Assembly (NCBI GenBank): GCA_002269645.1
Contig: NIVC01000037.1
Location: forward strand, 1,054,001 to 1,118,000
Direction of reading: 5' to 3'
Source: Macrostomum lignano
Lineage: Eukaryota
Length of the DNA: 64,000 nt
The translations under genes and the position numbers were made by a program. How positions within the stretch are numbered: the stretch's first letter is position 1; each line of letters opens with the position of its first letter. Under the pieces are notes generated by a model. That model was not told the origin of the DNA. It did no database searches and saw nothing but the letters and a program-made list of their open reading frames with translations. This document shows, one piece after another, positions 1 to 11,092 of the stretch.

Positions 1-294
1 GAAATCAACAGGTAGGTATTAGCATGAGTTGCTGGGGCAATTATCAATAAATTTCCATAAATTCAATTCTAATTTCATTTCAATATGATTTCTGTAGTGC
101 TGCTATAAGTAGCTCATTGCGCACATCTTCAACCACTATGAATGCAAAGTAAAGAAAATGTGGAACTCTGATTTACAAATAGTTGATCAGTCTGTACAAT
201 GGCAGAAAATATTTCTGGCAGTTTTGTGTTTTGTACATTGAAAGCGGGCTTTGACACGGAAGCGCCAGCAAAAGCAACAGTTGCAGAAGAAACA

Positions 295-638
295 AGCAAA
301 AGACAAAAACAAGCAAAATACAAAAACAAGCAAAAGACAAAAACAAGCAAAAGACAAAAACAAGCAAAAGACAAAAACAAGCAAAAGGCAAAAACAGGCA
401 GAAGACAAAAACAAGCAAAAGACAAAAACAAGCAAAAGGCAAAAACAGGCAGAAGACAAAAACAAGCAAAAGACAAAAACAAGCAAAAGGCAAAAACAGG
501 CAAAAGGCAAAAACAGGCAGAAGACAAAAACAAGCAAAAGACAAAAACAAGCAAAAGACAAAAACAAGCAAAAGACAAAAACAATCAAAAGACAAAAACA
601 GGCAGAAGACAAAAACAAGCAAAAGACAAAAACAAGCA
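295..638. repeat. 17-bp minisatellite (CAAGCAAAAGACAAAAA)n
   Basis: Direct tandem units; the 17-residue periodicity of the overlapping ORFs matches. Confidence 0.95.
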
Positions 639-640
639 AC

Positions 641-1381
641 TCATGCTCGAGCTCGCCTGCACACCAGGTTGTGCTTCCTGGCGCTGCCGGCCCGAATGAA
701 GACCCTGCCACAGCTGCCGCAGCCGAAGGAGCGCCTGACACCGGCTAAGAGCAGCTGCTGGTTCACGTGACTGATCACGTGACGCTGCCGTTCTGACAGC
801 TTCGGCGTCGGCCGAATCGGCCGCAGCGGCGGCAGCAGCACGGAGCAGTCGGCGCAGAGCTCGCAGTTCCCGTCGACGTCAACGTGGCGAGCGATGTGGC
901 GCTGCAGCCGCGCCACGCTGGCCGCCACCGTCCCGGAGCAGCGAGGTAGGCAGCAGGTCAGGGAGCCGCGCTTTGAACCGCAGCTTCGCGGCGTCGGCGA
1001 TGGCACCGGGAACGGCATCGGCGTTGACGCTGGCGGAGGCAGCTGGGATGTCGGAGGCATCGGCATTGTCGGAGGCATCGGCATTGTCGGAGACATCGGC
1101 ATTGTCGGAGACATCGGCATTGTCGGAGGCATCGGCATTTTCGGAGGCATCGGCATTGTCGGAGGCATCAGCATTGTCGGAGGCATTGACATTGTCGGAG
1201 ACATCGGCGTGGGGAAGAATCCGGACATCAACGAGGCCATCAGTGGTGATGAGCTCGATGGCTTCAAGAGGCATCGTGACGTCAGCGAGCAGTTCATTGA
1301 GCGCGTCGGCGAGGACGACAGCGAGGACATCTGCGGGGACCTCAGCGAGGCCAGCAGCGGTGATGAGCTTGGCGGCTGCAT
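641..1381 (-). CDS. Intronless zinc-finger protein, copy 1 (246 aa): Ser/Pro-rich N-terminus, (PMPPTM)n repeat, three C2H2/C2HC-like fingers
   Basis: C-terminal FGCGSCGRVFIRAGSARKHNLVC fits C-x2-C-x12-H-x3-C. Upstream are C-x4-C-x13-H-x3-H and an atypical C-x2-C-x21-H-x3-H. Strong GC3 bias in this frame. Start placed at ATG 1381, downstream of a TATA box, rather than the track start 1558. Confidence 0.75.
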   Translation of the reverse strand: MQPPSSSPLLASLRSPQMSSLSSSPTRSMNCSLTSRCLLKPSSSSPLMASLMSGFFPTPMSPTMSMPPTMLMPPTMPMPPKMPMPPTMPMSPTMPMSPTMPMPPTMPMPPTSQLPPPASTPMPFPVPSPTPRSCGSKRGSLTCCLPRCSGTVAASVARLQRHIARHVDVDGNCELCADCSVLLPPLRPIRPTPKLSERQRHVISHVNQQLLLAGVRRSFGCGSCGRVFIRAGSARKHNLVCRRARA

Positions 1382-1466
1382 GACCGATTGTGCAGAGTTA
1401 TTGACGAGCAGCAGTTGGATGGCAAGCGAATGCTTTGAGAGATTCGAGGCCAGCAGCGCAGGCTGG

Positions 1467-1566
1467 TTATATAGTCTTTGTCTCACTGAGCCCCGCCTCA
1501 TCTCCCGCCAATGGGAAGCTGAGCTCGGATAAGCTGGGCTATGATGCCCTCCTGTCATTGGCTGAG
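1467..1566 (-). promoter_or_regulatory. Pol II promoter of zinc-finger copy 1 (CCAAT, GC box, TATA)
   Basis: On the minus strand: CCAAT at 1561-1557, GAGGCGGGG, and TATATAA at 1473-1467; conserved in the inverted copy. Confidence 0.55.
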
Positions 1567-1734
1567 GCGGTCAATCACTCAGATATGTTGAGTTCATGCC
1601 ATGTTGTCAAGAATCAAGATGCAGAGCTGACACTCGAATTTAAAGCCCTGCTTCGATTGCATCAAAATCAGTCAGTCAGTCTGAACCCTCTCTACCCTCC
1701 TCTGAACAATCTCAACATCTGCTAAGTCCTCTCC

Positions 1735-3272
1735 CTGCACTCCTGAGCCCTCTCCCTACTCTCCTGAGCCCTCTCCCTACTCTCCTGAGCCTTTTCCCTG
1801 CTCTCCTGAGCCCTCTCCCTGCTCTCCTGAGCCCTCTCCCTGCTCTCCTGAGCCCTCTCCCTGCTCTCCTGAGCCTTTTCCCTGCTCTCCTGAGCCTTTT
1901 CCCTGCTCTCCTGATCCCTCTCCCTGCTCTCCTGAGCCTTTTCCCTGCTCTCCTGAGCCCTCTCCCTACTCTCCCGAGCCCTCTCCCTGCTTTCCTGAGC
2001 CCTCTCCCTACTCTCCTGAGCCCTCTCCCTACTCTCCTGAGCCTTTTCCCTGCTCTCCTGAGCCCTCTCCCTACTCTCCTGAGCCCTCTCCCTGCTCTCC
2101 TGAGCCCTCTCCCTGCTCTCCTGATCCCTCTCCCTGCTCTCCTGAGCCTTTTCCCTGCTCTCCTGATCCCTCTCCCTGCTCTCCTGAGCCTTTTCCCTGC
2201 TCTCCTGATCCCTCTCCCTGCTCTCCTGAGCCTTTTCCCTGCTCTCCTGATCCCTCTCCCTGCTCTCCTGAGCCTTTTCCCTGCTCTCCTGATCCCTCTC
2301 CCTGCTCTCCTGAGCCTTTTCCCTGCTCTCCTGATCCCTCTCCCTGCTCTCCTGAGCCTTTTCCCTGCTCTCCTGATCCCTCTCCCTGCTCTCCTGATCC
2401 CTCTCCCTGCTCTCCTGAGCCTTTTCCCTGCTCTCCTGATCCCTCTCCCTGCTCTCCTGATCCCTCTCCCTGCTCTCCTGATCCCTCTCCCTGCTCTCCT
2501 GAGCCCTCTCCCTGCTCTCCTGAGCCTTTTCCCTGCTCTCCTGATCCCTCTCCCTGCTCTCCTGATCCCTCTCCCTGCTCTCCTGAGCCTTTTCCCTGCT
2601 CTCCTGATCCCTCTCCCTGCTCTCCTGAGCCTTTTCCCTGCTCTCCTGATCCCTCTCCCTGCTCTCCTGAGCCTTTTCCCTGCTCTCCTGATCCCTCTCC
2701 CTGCTCTCCTGATCCCTCTCCCTGCTCTCCTGAGCCTTTTCCCTGCTCTCCTGATCCCTCTCCCTGCTCTCCTGAGCCTTTTCCCTGCTCTCCTGATCCC
2801 TCTCCCTGCTCTCCTGATCCCTCTCCCTGCTCTCCTGAGCCCTCTCCCTGCTCTCCTGAGCCTTTTCCCTGCTCTCCTGATCCCTCTCCCTGCTCTCCTG
2901 ATCCCTCTCCCTGCTCTCCTGAGCCTTTTCCCTGCTCTCCTGATCCCTCTCCCTGCTCTCCTGATCCCTCTCCCTGCTCTCCTGATCCCTCTCCCTGCTC
3001 TCCTGAGCCCTCTCCCTGCTCTCCTGATCCCTCTCCCTGCTCTCCTGAGCCTTTTCCCTGCTCTCCTGATCCCTCTCCCTGCTCTCCTGATCCCTCTCCC
3101 TGCTCTCCTGAGCCTTTTCCCTGCTCTCCTGATCCCTCTCCCTGCTCTCCTGAGCCTTTTCCCTGCTCTCCTGATCCCTCTCCCTGCTCTCCTGAGCCTT
3201 TTCCCTGCTCTCCTGAGCCTTTTCCCTGCTCTCCTGAGCCTTTTCCCTGCTCTCCTGAGCCTTTTCCCTGCT
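1735..3272. repeat. 21-bp minisatellite (CCCTGCTCTCCTGAGCCCTCT)n, about 70 units
   Basis: Direct tandem units with gagcc/gatcc and ctct/tttt variants; source of the GEQGEGS ORF. Confidence 0.97.
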
Positions 3273-3527
3273 CCAACCGGTTGTACCGGTAAATAATGTA
3301 AACAGTAGAGGTTTTGGAGATAAAGAGACTGAACGCAGCAGTCAGTGAGAAGTCAGCACGCACGGGCAGAGGTCTTGAAGGCGAAAGTGCCAGTGTGCAG
3401 AAGTGCCATGAGATAAGCAGAGGGAAGGCCATGGTAAGGCAGGCAGGCTTGTAGCAGACCAGCTTGTTTACAAACCAATTTTCTGCGCGAGAATAAAACT
3501 CGGATTTAAAATTTCAGCCACCAGGCA

Positions 3528-3600
3528 GCCCCAGTGGCGCAATGGATAGCGCGTCGGACTTCTAATCCGGAGGTTGAGGGTTCGAGTCCCTCCTGGGGTG
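3528..3600 (+). tRNA. trnR-TCT: tRNA-Arg(TCT), intronless
   Basis: Full cloverleaf: acceptor GCCCCAG/CTGGGGT, D stem GCGC/GCGC, anticodon stem TCGGA/TCCGG with loop CTTCTAA (TCT at 3561-3563), T arm GAGGG-TTCGAGT-CCCTC. A20 Arg identity element present; discriminator G. Confidence 0.97.
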
Positions 3601-3611
3601 TGTTATGTTAA

Positions 3612-3616
3612 TTTTT
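3612..3616 (+). terminator. Pol III terminator T5
   Basis: TTTTT 11 nt after the tRNA 3' end. Confidence 0.7.
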
Positions 3617-3701
3617 GCACCAGATATATTATTACTAGCAATTATTTCCTCTTAATATTTTCAGTAAATTTTGTTAAGTGAGTAAGTCGGTGCATTCACG
3701 A

Positions 3702-4682
3702 GTGAGTTCATGAGTGAGTTCATGAGTGAGTTCATGAGTGAGTTCATGAGTGAGTTCATGAGTGAGTTCATGAGTGAGTTCATGAGTGAGTTCATGAGTG
3801 AGTTCATGAGTGAGTTCATGAGTGAGTTCATGAGTGAGTTCATGAGTGAGTTCATGAGTGAGTTCATGAGTGAGTTCATGAGTGAGTTCATGAGTGAGTT
3901 CATGAGTGAGTTCATGAGTGAGTTCATGAGTGAGTTCATGAGTGAGTTCATGAGTGAGTTCATGAGTGAGTTCATGAGTGAGTTCATGAGTGAGTTCATG
4001 AGTGAGTTCATGAGTGAGTTCATGAGTGAGTTCATGAGTGAGTTCATGAGTGAGTTCATGAGTGAGTTCATGAGTGAGTTCATGAGTGAGTTCATGAGTG
4101 AGTTCATGAGTGAGTTCATGAGTGAGTTCATGAGTGAGTTCATGAGTGAGTTCATGAGTGAGTTCATGAGTGAGTTCATGAGTGAGTTCATGAGTGAGTT
4201 CATGAGTGAGTTCATGAGTGAGTTCATGAGTGAGTTCATGAGTGAGTTCATGAGTGAGTTCATGAGTGAGTTCATGAGTGAGTTCATGAGTGAGTTCATG
4301 AGTGAGTTCATGAGTGAGTTCATGAGTGAGTTCATGAGTGAGTTCATGAGTGAGTTCATGAGTCAGTTCATGAGTCAGTTCATGAGTGAGTTCATGAGTG
4401 AGTTCATGAGTGAGTTCATGAGTGAGTTCATGAGTGAGTTCATGAGTGAGTTCATGAGTGAGTTCATGAGTGAGTTCATGAGTGAGTTCATGAGTGAGTT
4501 CATGAGTGAGTTCATGAGTGAGCTCATGAGTGAGTTCATGAGGAGTTCATGAGTGAGTTCATGAGTGAGTTCATGAGTGAGTTCATGAGTGAGTTCATGA
4601 GTGAGTTCATGAGTGAGTTCATGAGTGAGTTCATGAGTGAGTTCATGGTGAGTTCTTGAGTGAGTTCATGAGTGAGTTCGTG
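3702..4682. repeat. 12-bp minisatellite (GAGTGAGTTCAT)n, about 80 near-identical units
   Basis: Direct tandem units; source of the MNSL and MSEF ORFs. Confidence 0.98.
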
Positions 4683-4715
4683 AGTCACTAAGCGAGTAAG
4701 CGATTTCCGCTCTTC

Positions 4716-4878
4716 CCTCTACCCTCTCCACCTTAGACTCTACTCTCTGCTATCCACTTTACCCTCTACCCTCTACCCTCTCCACCTTAGACTCTACTCT
4801 CTGCTATCCACTTTACCCTCTACCCTCTCCACCTTAGACTCTACTCTCTGCTATCCACTTTACCCTCTACCCTCTACC
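4716..4878. repeat. Short array, about 3 units of 45-55 bp (CCCTCTCCACCTTAGACTCTACTCTCTGCTATCCACTTTA core)
   Basis: Core repeated three times. Confidence 0.8.
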
Positions 4879-4984
4879 TCGATCATAACTCCACCATCCA
4901 CCATCTGACCTCCGAAATCCGCCCCTTTGCCCATCCGCTCATTCCTTGAAGATTCCGCTGAACTCCTCCTCGCCCCCAGAGCCT

Positions 4985-5135
4985 CAGCTCAGCCCCCTCA
5001 CTCAACTCGAATCCCAAACGTACTCGGGCCCGGCATGGCAACCCGGATCGCTCGAGTCGCTCCAGCAGCCGCAGCCACCTGGGCTGGCCGAGCTCGAAAA
5101 CCGCTCCGAAACCGCTTGGCAACGGACAGCTTGCC
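4985..5135. repeat. GC-rich block duplicated at about 10135-10300
   Basis: CTCGGGCCCGGCATGGCAACCCGGATCGCTCGAGTCGCTCCAGCAGCCGCAGCCACCTGGGCTGGCCGA is identical in both copies, same orientation. Confidence 0.9.
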
Positions 5136-5175
5136 AAGTGGAGAGAGGAGGGAACTCAGTGGAGAGTGTAGAGGG

Positions 5176-5575
5176 TCACTCACTCACTCACTCACTCACT
5201 CACTCACTCACACACTCACTCACTCACACACTCACTCACTCACTCACTCACTCACTCACTCACTCACTCACTCACTCACTCACTCACTCACTCACACTCA
5301 CTCGCTCACTCACTCACTCACTCACTCACTCACTCACTCACTCACTCACTCACTCACTCACTCACTCCCTCACTCACTCACTCACTCACTCACTCACTCA
5401 CTCACTCACTCACTCACTCACTCACTCACTCACACTCACTCGATCACTCACTCAATCACTCACTCACTCACTCACTCACTCACTCACTCACTCACTCACT
5501 CACTCACTCACTCACTCACTCACTCACACTCACTCACTCATTCACTCACTCACTTTCTCACTTACTCACTTACTG
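5176..5575. repeat. (CTCA)n microsatellite
   Basis: Direct inspection. Confidence 0.97.
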
Positions 5576-5804
5576 AGCTGAGAGCTGAGCTGAGAAATCG
5601 GTCAGCAGCCGAGTTGGTCTCATACTCAATGAGTACCCGATGGGCCACAGCTCAAAGCTCAGCTGAGCACAGACAGATCACTATCAAACCAACACCCTGC
5701 TCAACTTAAAGTCAGATTGGAAGCATAAAGAAGCTGTTAAACAACACTGAGGAGCCCTACTGTGAAGCGCAGTCTGACTGACTGTGACGCAATCTATCTC
5801 TCTA

Positions 5805-6795
5805 GCCCTGTCACTCTCCCAGCCTGTCACTCTCCCAGCCTGTCACTCTCCCAGCCTGTCACTCTCCCAGCCTGTCACTCTCCCAGCCTGTCACTCTCCC
5901 AGCCTGTCACTCTCCCAGCCTGTCACTCTCCCAGCCTGTCACTCTCCCAGCCTGTCACTCTCCCAGCCTGTCACTCTCCCAGCCTGTCACTCTCCCAGCC
6001 TGTCACTCTCCCAGCCTGTCACTCTCCCACCCTGTCACTCTCCCACCCTGTCACTCTCCCAGCCTGTCACTCTCCCACCCAGTCACTCTCCCAGCCTGTC
6101 ACTCTCCCAGCCTGTCACTCTCCCAGCCTGTCACTCTCCCAGCCTGTCACTCTCCCAGCCTGTCACTCTCCCACCCTGTCACTCTCCCACCCTGTCACTC
6201 TCCCACCCTGTCACTCTCCCACCCTGTCATTCTCTCCCACCCTGTCACTCTCCCACCCTGTCACTCTCCCACCCTGTCACTCTCCCACCCTGTCACTCTC
6301 CCACCCTGTCACTCTCCCAGCCTGTCACTCTCCCACCCAGTCACTCTCCCAGCCTGTCACTCTCCCAGCCTGTCACTCTCCCAGCCTGTCACTCTCCCAG
6401 CCTGTCACTCTCCCAGCCTGTCACTCTCCCACCCTGTCACTCTCCCAGCCTGTCACTCTCCCAGCCTGTCACTCTCCCACCCTGTCACTCTCCCACCCTG
6501 TCACTCTCCCACCCTGTCACTCTCCCAGCCTGTCACTCTCCCACCCAGTCACTCTCCCCCCTGTCACTCTCCCACCCTGTCACTCTCCCAGCCTGTCACT
6601 CTCCCACCCTGTCACTCTCCCACCCTGTCACTCTCCCACCCTGTCACTCTCCCACCCTATCACTCTCCCACCCTGTCACTCTCCCACCCTGTCACTCTCC
6701 CACCCTGTCATTCTCCCACCCTGTCACTCTCCCACCCTGTCACTCTCCCAGCCTGTCACTCTCCCACCCTGTCACTCTCCCACCCTGTCACTCTC
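5805..6795. repeat. 16-bp minisatellite (CTGTCACTCTCCCAGC)n
   Basis: Direct tandem units with agc/acc variants. Confidence 0.97.
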
Positions 6796-7119
6796 TCCAA
6801 ACCTGGCACTCTCTTCCACCTGAGACAAGAGAGAGGAAACTTGGGAGAGGAGAGACATGGAGATAAAAGCTAAAAAGTATTGAAGGAAATCCGGAAGGAA
6901 TTTGGATGGGATGGGATGAATTCAAACGCAAGAAGCAAACTCCCTTTAATTCAAGATTTCATTCGCCTCGCAATTTCGACAATTTTCAACAATGATAATT
7001 AATAAATGAAATACTCGAATCAGCTCAATCAGCCGTATGCTTTCATCCCAACAACAAACAGCGGATGCAGTCGAGATGACAGCATGGCATGAACTCAACA
7101 TATCTGAGTGATTGACCGC

Positions 7120-7220
7120 CTCAGCCAATGACAGGAGGGCATCATAGCCCAGCTAATCCGAGTTCAGCTTCCCATTGGCGGGAGATGAGGCGGGGCTCAG
7201 TGAGACAAAGACTATATAAC
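7120..7220 (+). promoter_or_regulatory. Pol II promoter of zinc-finger copy 2
   Basis: CCAAT 7125-7129, ATTGG 7174-7178, GAGGCGGGG about 7187-7195, TATATAA 7213-7219, 85 nt before ATG 7305. Confidence 0.55.
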
Positions 7221-7304
7221 CAGCCTGCGCTGCTGGCCTCAAATCTCTCAAAGCATTCGCTTGCCATCCAACTGCTGCTCGTCAATAACTCTGCACAATC
7301 GGTC

Positions 7305-8183
7305 ATGCAGCCGCCAAGCTCATCACCGCTGCTGGCCTCGCTGAGGTCCCCGCAGATGTCCTCGCTGTCGTCCTCGCCGATGGCCTCGCTGAGGTCCCCG
7401 CAGATGTCCTCGCTGACGTACTCGCCGACGGGCTCAATGAACTGCTCGCTGACGTCCCAATGCCTCTTGAAGCCATCGAGCTCATCACCGCAAATGGCCT
7501 GGTTGACGTCCCGATTCTTCCCCACGCCGATGCCTCCGACAATGCCGATGCCTCCGACAATGCCGATGCCTTCGACAATGCCGATGCCTCCGACAATGCC
7601 GATGCCTCCGACAATGCCGATGCCTCCGACAATGCCGATGCCTTCGACAATGCCGATGCCTCCGACAATGCCGATGCCTCCGACAATGCCAATGCCTCCG
7701 ACAATGCCGATGCCTCCGACAATGCCGATGCCTCCGACAATGCCGATGCCTCCGACAATGCCGATGCCTCCGACATCCCAGCTGCCTCCGCCAGCGTCAA
7801 CGCCGATGCCGTTCCCGGTGCCATCGCCGACGCCGCGAAGCTGCGGTTCAAAGCGCGGCTCCCTGACCTGCTGCCTACCTCGCTGCTCCGGGACGGTGGC
7901 GGCCAGCGTGGCGCGGCTGCAGCGCCACATCGCTCGCCACGTTGACGTCGACGGGAACTGCGAGCTCTGCGCCGACTGCTCCGTGCTGCTGCCGCCGCTG
8001 CGGCCGATTCGGCCGACGCCGAAGCTGTCAGAACGGCAGCGTCACGTGATCAGTCACGTGAACCAGCAGCTGCTCTTAGCCGGTGTCAGGCGCTCCTTCG
8101 GCTGCGGCAGCTGCGGCAGGGTCTTCATTCGGGCCGGCAGCGCCAGGAAGCACAACCTGGTGTGCAGGCGAGCTCGAGCATGA
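7305..8183 (+). CDS. Intronless zinc-finger protein, copy 2 (292 aa), with a longer (PMPPTM)n tract
   Basis: Finger region protein-identical to copy 1; ORF intact despite in-frame repeat-length differences. Confidence 0.75.
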   Translation: MQPPSSSPLLASLRSPQMSSLSSSPMASLRSPQMSSLTYSPTGSMNCSLTSQCLLKPSSSSPQMAWLTSRFFPTPMPPTMPMPPTMPMPSTMPMPPTMPMPPTMPMPPTMPMPSTMPMPPTMPMPPTMPMPPTMPMPPTMPMPPTMPMPPTMPMPPTSQLPPPASTPMPFPVPSPTPRSCGSKRGSLTCCLPRCSGTVAASVARLQRHIARHVDVDGNCELCADCSVLLPPLRPIRPTPKLSERQRHVISHVNQQLLLAGVRRSFGCGSCGRVFIRAGSARKHNLVCRRARA

Positions 8184-8185
8184 GT

Positions 8186-8995
8186 TGCTTGTTTTTGTCT
8201 TTTGCTTGTTTTTGTCTTTTGCTTGTTTTTGTCTTTTGCTTGTTTTTGTCTTCTGCCTGTTTTTGTCTTTTGATTGTTTTTGTCTTTTGCTTGTTTTTGT
8301 CTTTTGCCTGTTTTTGTCTTTTGATTGTTTTTGTCTTTTGATTGTTTTTGTCTTTTGCTTGTTTTTGTCTTCTGCCTGTTTTTGTCTTTTGATTGTTTTT
8401 GTCTTTTGCTTGTTTTTGTCTTCTGCCTGTTTTTGTCTTTTGATTGTTTTTGTCTTTTGCTTGTTTTTGTCTTCTGCCTGTTTTTGTCTTTTGATTGTTT
8501 TTGTCTTTTGCTTGTTTTTGTATTTTGCTTGTTTTTGTATTTTGCCTGTTTTTGTCTTTTGATTGTTTTTGTCTTTTGATTGTTTTTGTCTTTTGATTGT
8601 TTTTGTCTTCTGCCTGTTTTTGTCTTTTGATTGTTTTTGTCTTTTGATTGTTTTTGTCTTTTGATTGTTTTTGTCTTTTGATTGTTTTTGTCTTTTGATT
8701 GTTTTTGTCTTCTGCCTGTTTTTGTCTTTGATTGTTTTTGTCTTTTGATTGTTTTTGTCTTTTGATTGTTTTTGTCTTTTGATTGTTTTTGTCTTTTGAT
8801 TGTTTTTGTCTTTTGATTGTTTTTGTCTTTTGATTGTTTTTGTCTTTTGCTTGTTTTTGTCTTTTGCTTGTTTTTGTCTTTTGCTTGTTTTTGTCTTCTG
8901 CTTATTTTTGTCCTTTGTTTGTTTTTGTCTTTTGCTTGTTTTTGTCTTTTGCTTGTTTTTTGTCTCTTTCTTACGGGTCTTTTGCTTGTTTCTTT
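8186..8995. repeat. 17-bp minisatellite (TTTTTGTCTTTTGCTTG)n, inverted and expanded partner of 295-638
   Basis: Reverse complement of the 295-638 unit. Confidence 0.95.
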
Positions 8996-9344
8996 TGCAA
9001 CTGTTGCTTTTGCTGGCGCTACCGTGTCAAAGCCCGTTTTTCAATGTACAAAATACAAAACTTACAAAAATATTTTCTGCCATTGTACAGACCGATAAAA
9101 CTATTCGTAAATCAGAGTTTCAGACTTTCTGTACTTTTCTTTGGTATTATCTAAAGATGTGCGCAATTGGCTACTCATAGCAGCACTGCAGAAATCATAT
9201 TGAAATAAAAGTAGAATTTCTCGAGGAGTTTTGTGTTGGATGCAAGCTGTGAGACCCGGCTTTGGGGTGGCGATGATGCGACAGTATACTATTATTCACG
9301 CAACAAGTTATGGTTTCATTTATAAGTAAAAAAGTAGCACTTAA

Positions 9345-9417
9345 TACCCCAGGAGGGACTCGAACCCTCAACCTCCGGATTAGAAGTCCGACGCGCTATC
9401 CATTGCGCCACTGGGGC
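9345..9417 (-). tRNA. trnR-TCT: tRNA-Arg(TCT), intronless
   Basis: First 72 nt identical to 3528-3599; discriminator A; T6 terminator at 9333-9328. Confidence 0.97.
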
Positions 9418-9644
9418 TGTTGTTAATCCGTTCCTATTGCAGTATTTGAGATTTAACGGTGAATTTCTGTGCGCTCACACAGCAGGTGTTTAAAGTGGAA
9501 TGAAGTTGTCATGGCAGATTGAGAGCCTTAGGATAATTATCTATCTTGTTTCTGCGTTCGTTAATTGAACAACAGAACAATAATACCTTTTTATCTCATT
9601 TATTCTCTCTCCCTCCCCTCTTTTCCCCTTTGCTTTTTCTTCCT

Positions 9645-10090
9645 TTCTGTGTCTCATGTCTACCCCTCCTCTCTGCTCTGTGCTGTCTCATGTCTACCCC
9701 TCCTCTCTGCTCTGTGCTGTCTCATGTCTACCCCTCCTCTCTGCTCTGTGCTGTCTCATGTCTACCCTCTCCTCTCTGCTCTGTGCTGTCTCATGTCTAC
9801 CCTCTCCTCTCTGCCCTGTGCTGTCTCATGTCTACCCTCTCCTCTCTGCCCTGTGCTGTCTCATGTCTACCCTCTCCTCTCTGCCCTGTGCTGTCTCATG
9901 TCTACCCTCTCCTCTCTGCTCTGTGCTGTCTCATGTCTACCTCTCCTCTCTGCTCTGTGCTGTCTCATGTCTACCCTCTCCTCTCTGCCCTGTGCTGTCT
10001 CATGTCTACCCTCTCCTCTCTGCCCTGTGCTGTCTCATGTCTACCCCTCCTCTCTGCTCTGTGCTGTCTCATGTCTACCCTCTACTCTCC
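9645..10090. repeat. 34-35-bp minisatellite (TGTCTCATGTCTACCCTCTCCTCTCTGCTCTGTGC)n
   Basis: About 12 direct units. Confidence 0.95.
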
Positions 10091-10694
10091 CTCTGTTTGC
10101 AAAACAAAACCCGAAGATCTTTCACTTATCTTTCTCAGCCCCCTCACCCAATTCGAATCCCAAACCTCCTCGGGCCCGGCATGGCAACCCGGATCGCTCG
10201 AGTCGCTCCAGCAGCCGCAGCCACCTGGGCTGGCCGAAAGGCGACCGCGAATTCCCGCTCGGAAACCGCTCGGAAACCGCTTGGCAACGGACAGCTGTCT
10301 CCGGCTGCAGCCATCGGCCTCTCCAGCCCGCCGCTCTTAGCCTTTGAGTCCGCCTGCAAGTCGAGCTTTCGAATCGGTTCGAAAATCCCAGAGCTGCCTT
10401 AGCAACCGCCGCAGGCGCACCAGATTATCTTGAACTGTTGGATGGACTGATTCTAAAAATAGCACAGACTTCGGCCGACAAGCTGGGCAGCGCAGGCCAC
10501 CCTGAGCCCCATGCAGAGAAAGCACAAAGCAGAAGATTTGTTTTATTATATTTTACTACCATTTATTGAATGAAACTAATTACTTGCAAATTAATGTTTA
10601 ATATGATTTTAATATTAATGTAACTGAGCAAGAAAGTTTTTTGAAGTGTGAAAAATCAATTAAAAGTTACAGATAGACTATTTTAGGGCTCAAA

Positions 10695-11092
10695 GGGAGT
10701 CAGCGAGGACAAGGGCAGTCAGTGGGGTCAAGGGGAGTCAGTGGGGTCAAGGGGAGTCAGTGGGGTCAAGGGGAGTCAGTGGGGTCAAGGGGAGTCAGTG
10801 GGGTCAAGGGGAGTCAGTGGGGTCAAGGGGAGTCAGTGGGGTCAAGGGGAGTCAGTGGGGTCAAGGGCAGTCAGTGGGGTCAGGGGGACTCAGTGGGGTC
10901 AAGGGGAGTCAGTGGTGTCAAGGGGAGTCAGTGGGGTCAAGGGGAGTCAGTGGGGTCAAGGGGAGTCAGTGGGGTCAAGGGGAGTCAGTGGGGTCAAGGG
11001 GACTCAGTGGGGTCAAGGGGAGTCAGTAGGGTCAAGGGGACTCAGTGGGGTCAAGGGGAGTCAGTAGGGTCAAGGGGACTCAGTGGGGTCAA
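10695..11092. repeat. 19-bp minisatellite (GTCAGTGGGGTCAAGGGGA)n
   Basis: About 20 direct units. Confidence 0.95.

Larger units (their letters stand above)
1..1609. repeat. Left arm of a large inverted duplication (partner about 7077-9240)
   Basis: Reverse complement of 1-1609 aligns by eye with 7077-9240: promoter, zinc-finger ORF, 17-bp array and AT-rich flank. Similarity ends at tgtca 1605-1609 / tgaca 7077-7081. Confidence 0.9.

Noticed and set aside
199-699. Lys/Arg-rich ORF with AGA codons beside tRNA-Arg(TCT) genes (possible codon-tRNA coupling)
   Set aside because: The ORF is the 17-bp satellite and is not preserved as one frame in the inverted copy.
5024-5095. GGCCCGGCATGG resembles the start of the HDV ribozyme
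   Set aside because: Could not build P2, P3/L3, P1.1 or the J4/2 catalytic C with acceptable spacing.
879-7945. Alternative-frame and antisense ORFs over the zinc-finger genes (DNADAS, GGIGIV, SEASAL repeats)
   Set aside because: By-products of a GC-rich 18-bp coding repeat; only the finger-containing frame has motifs and a promoter.
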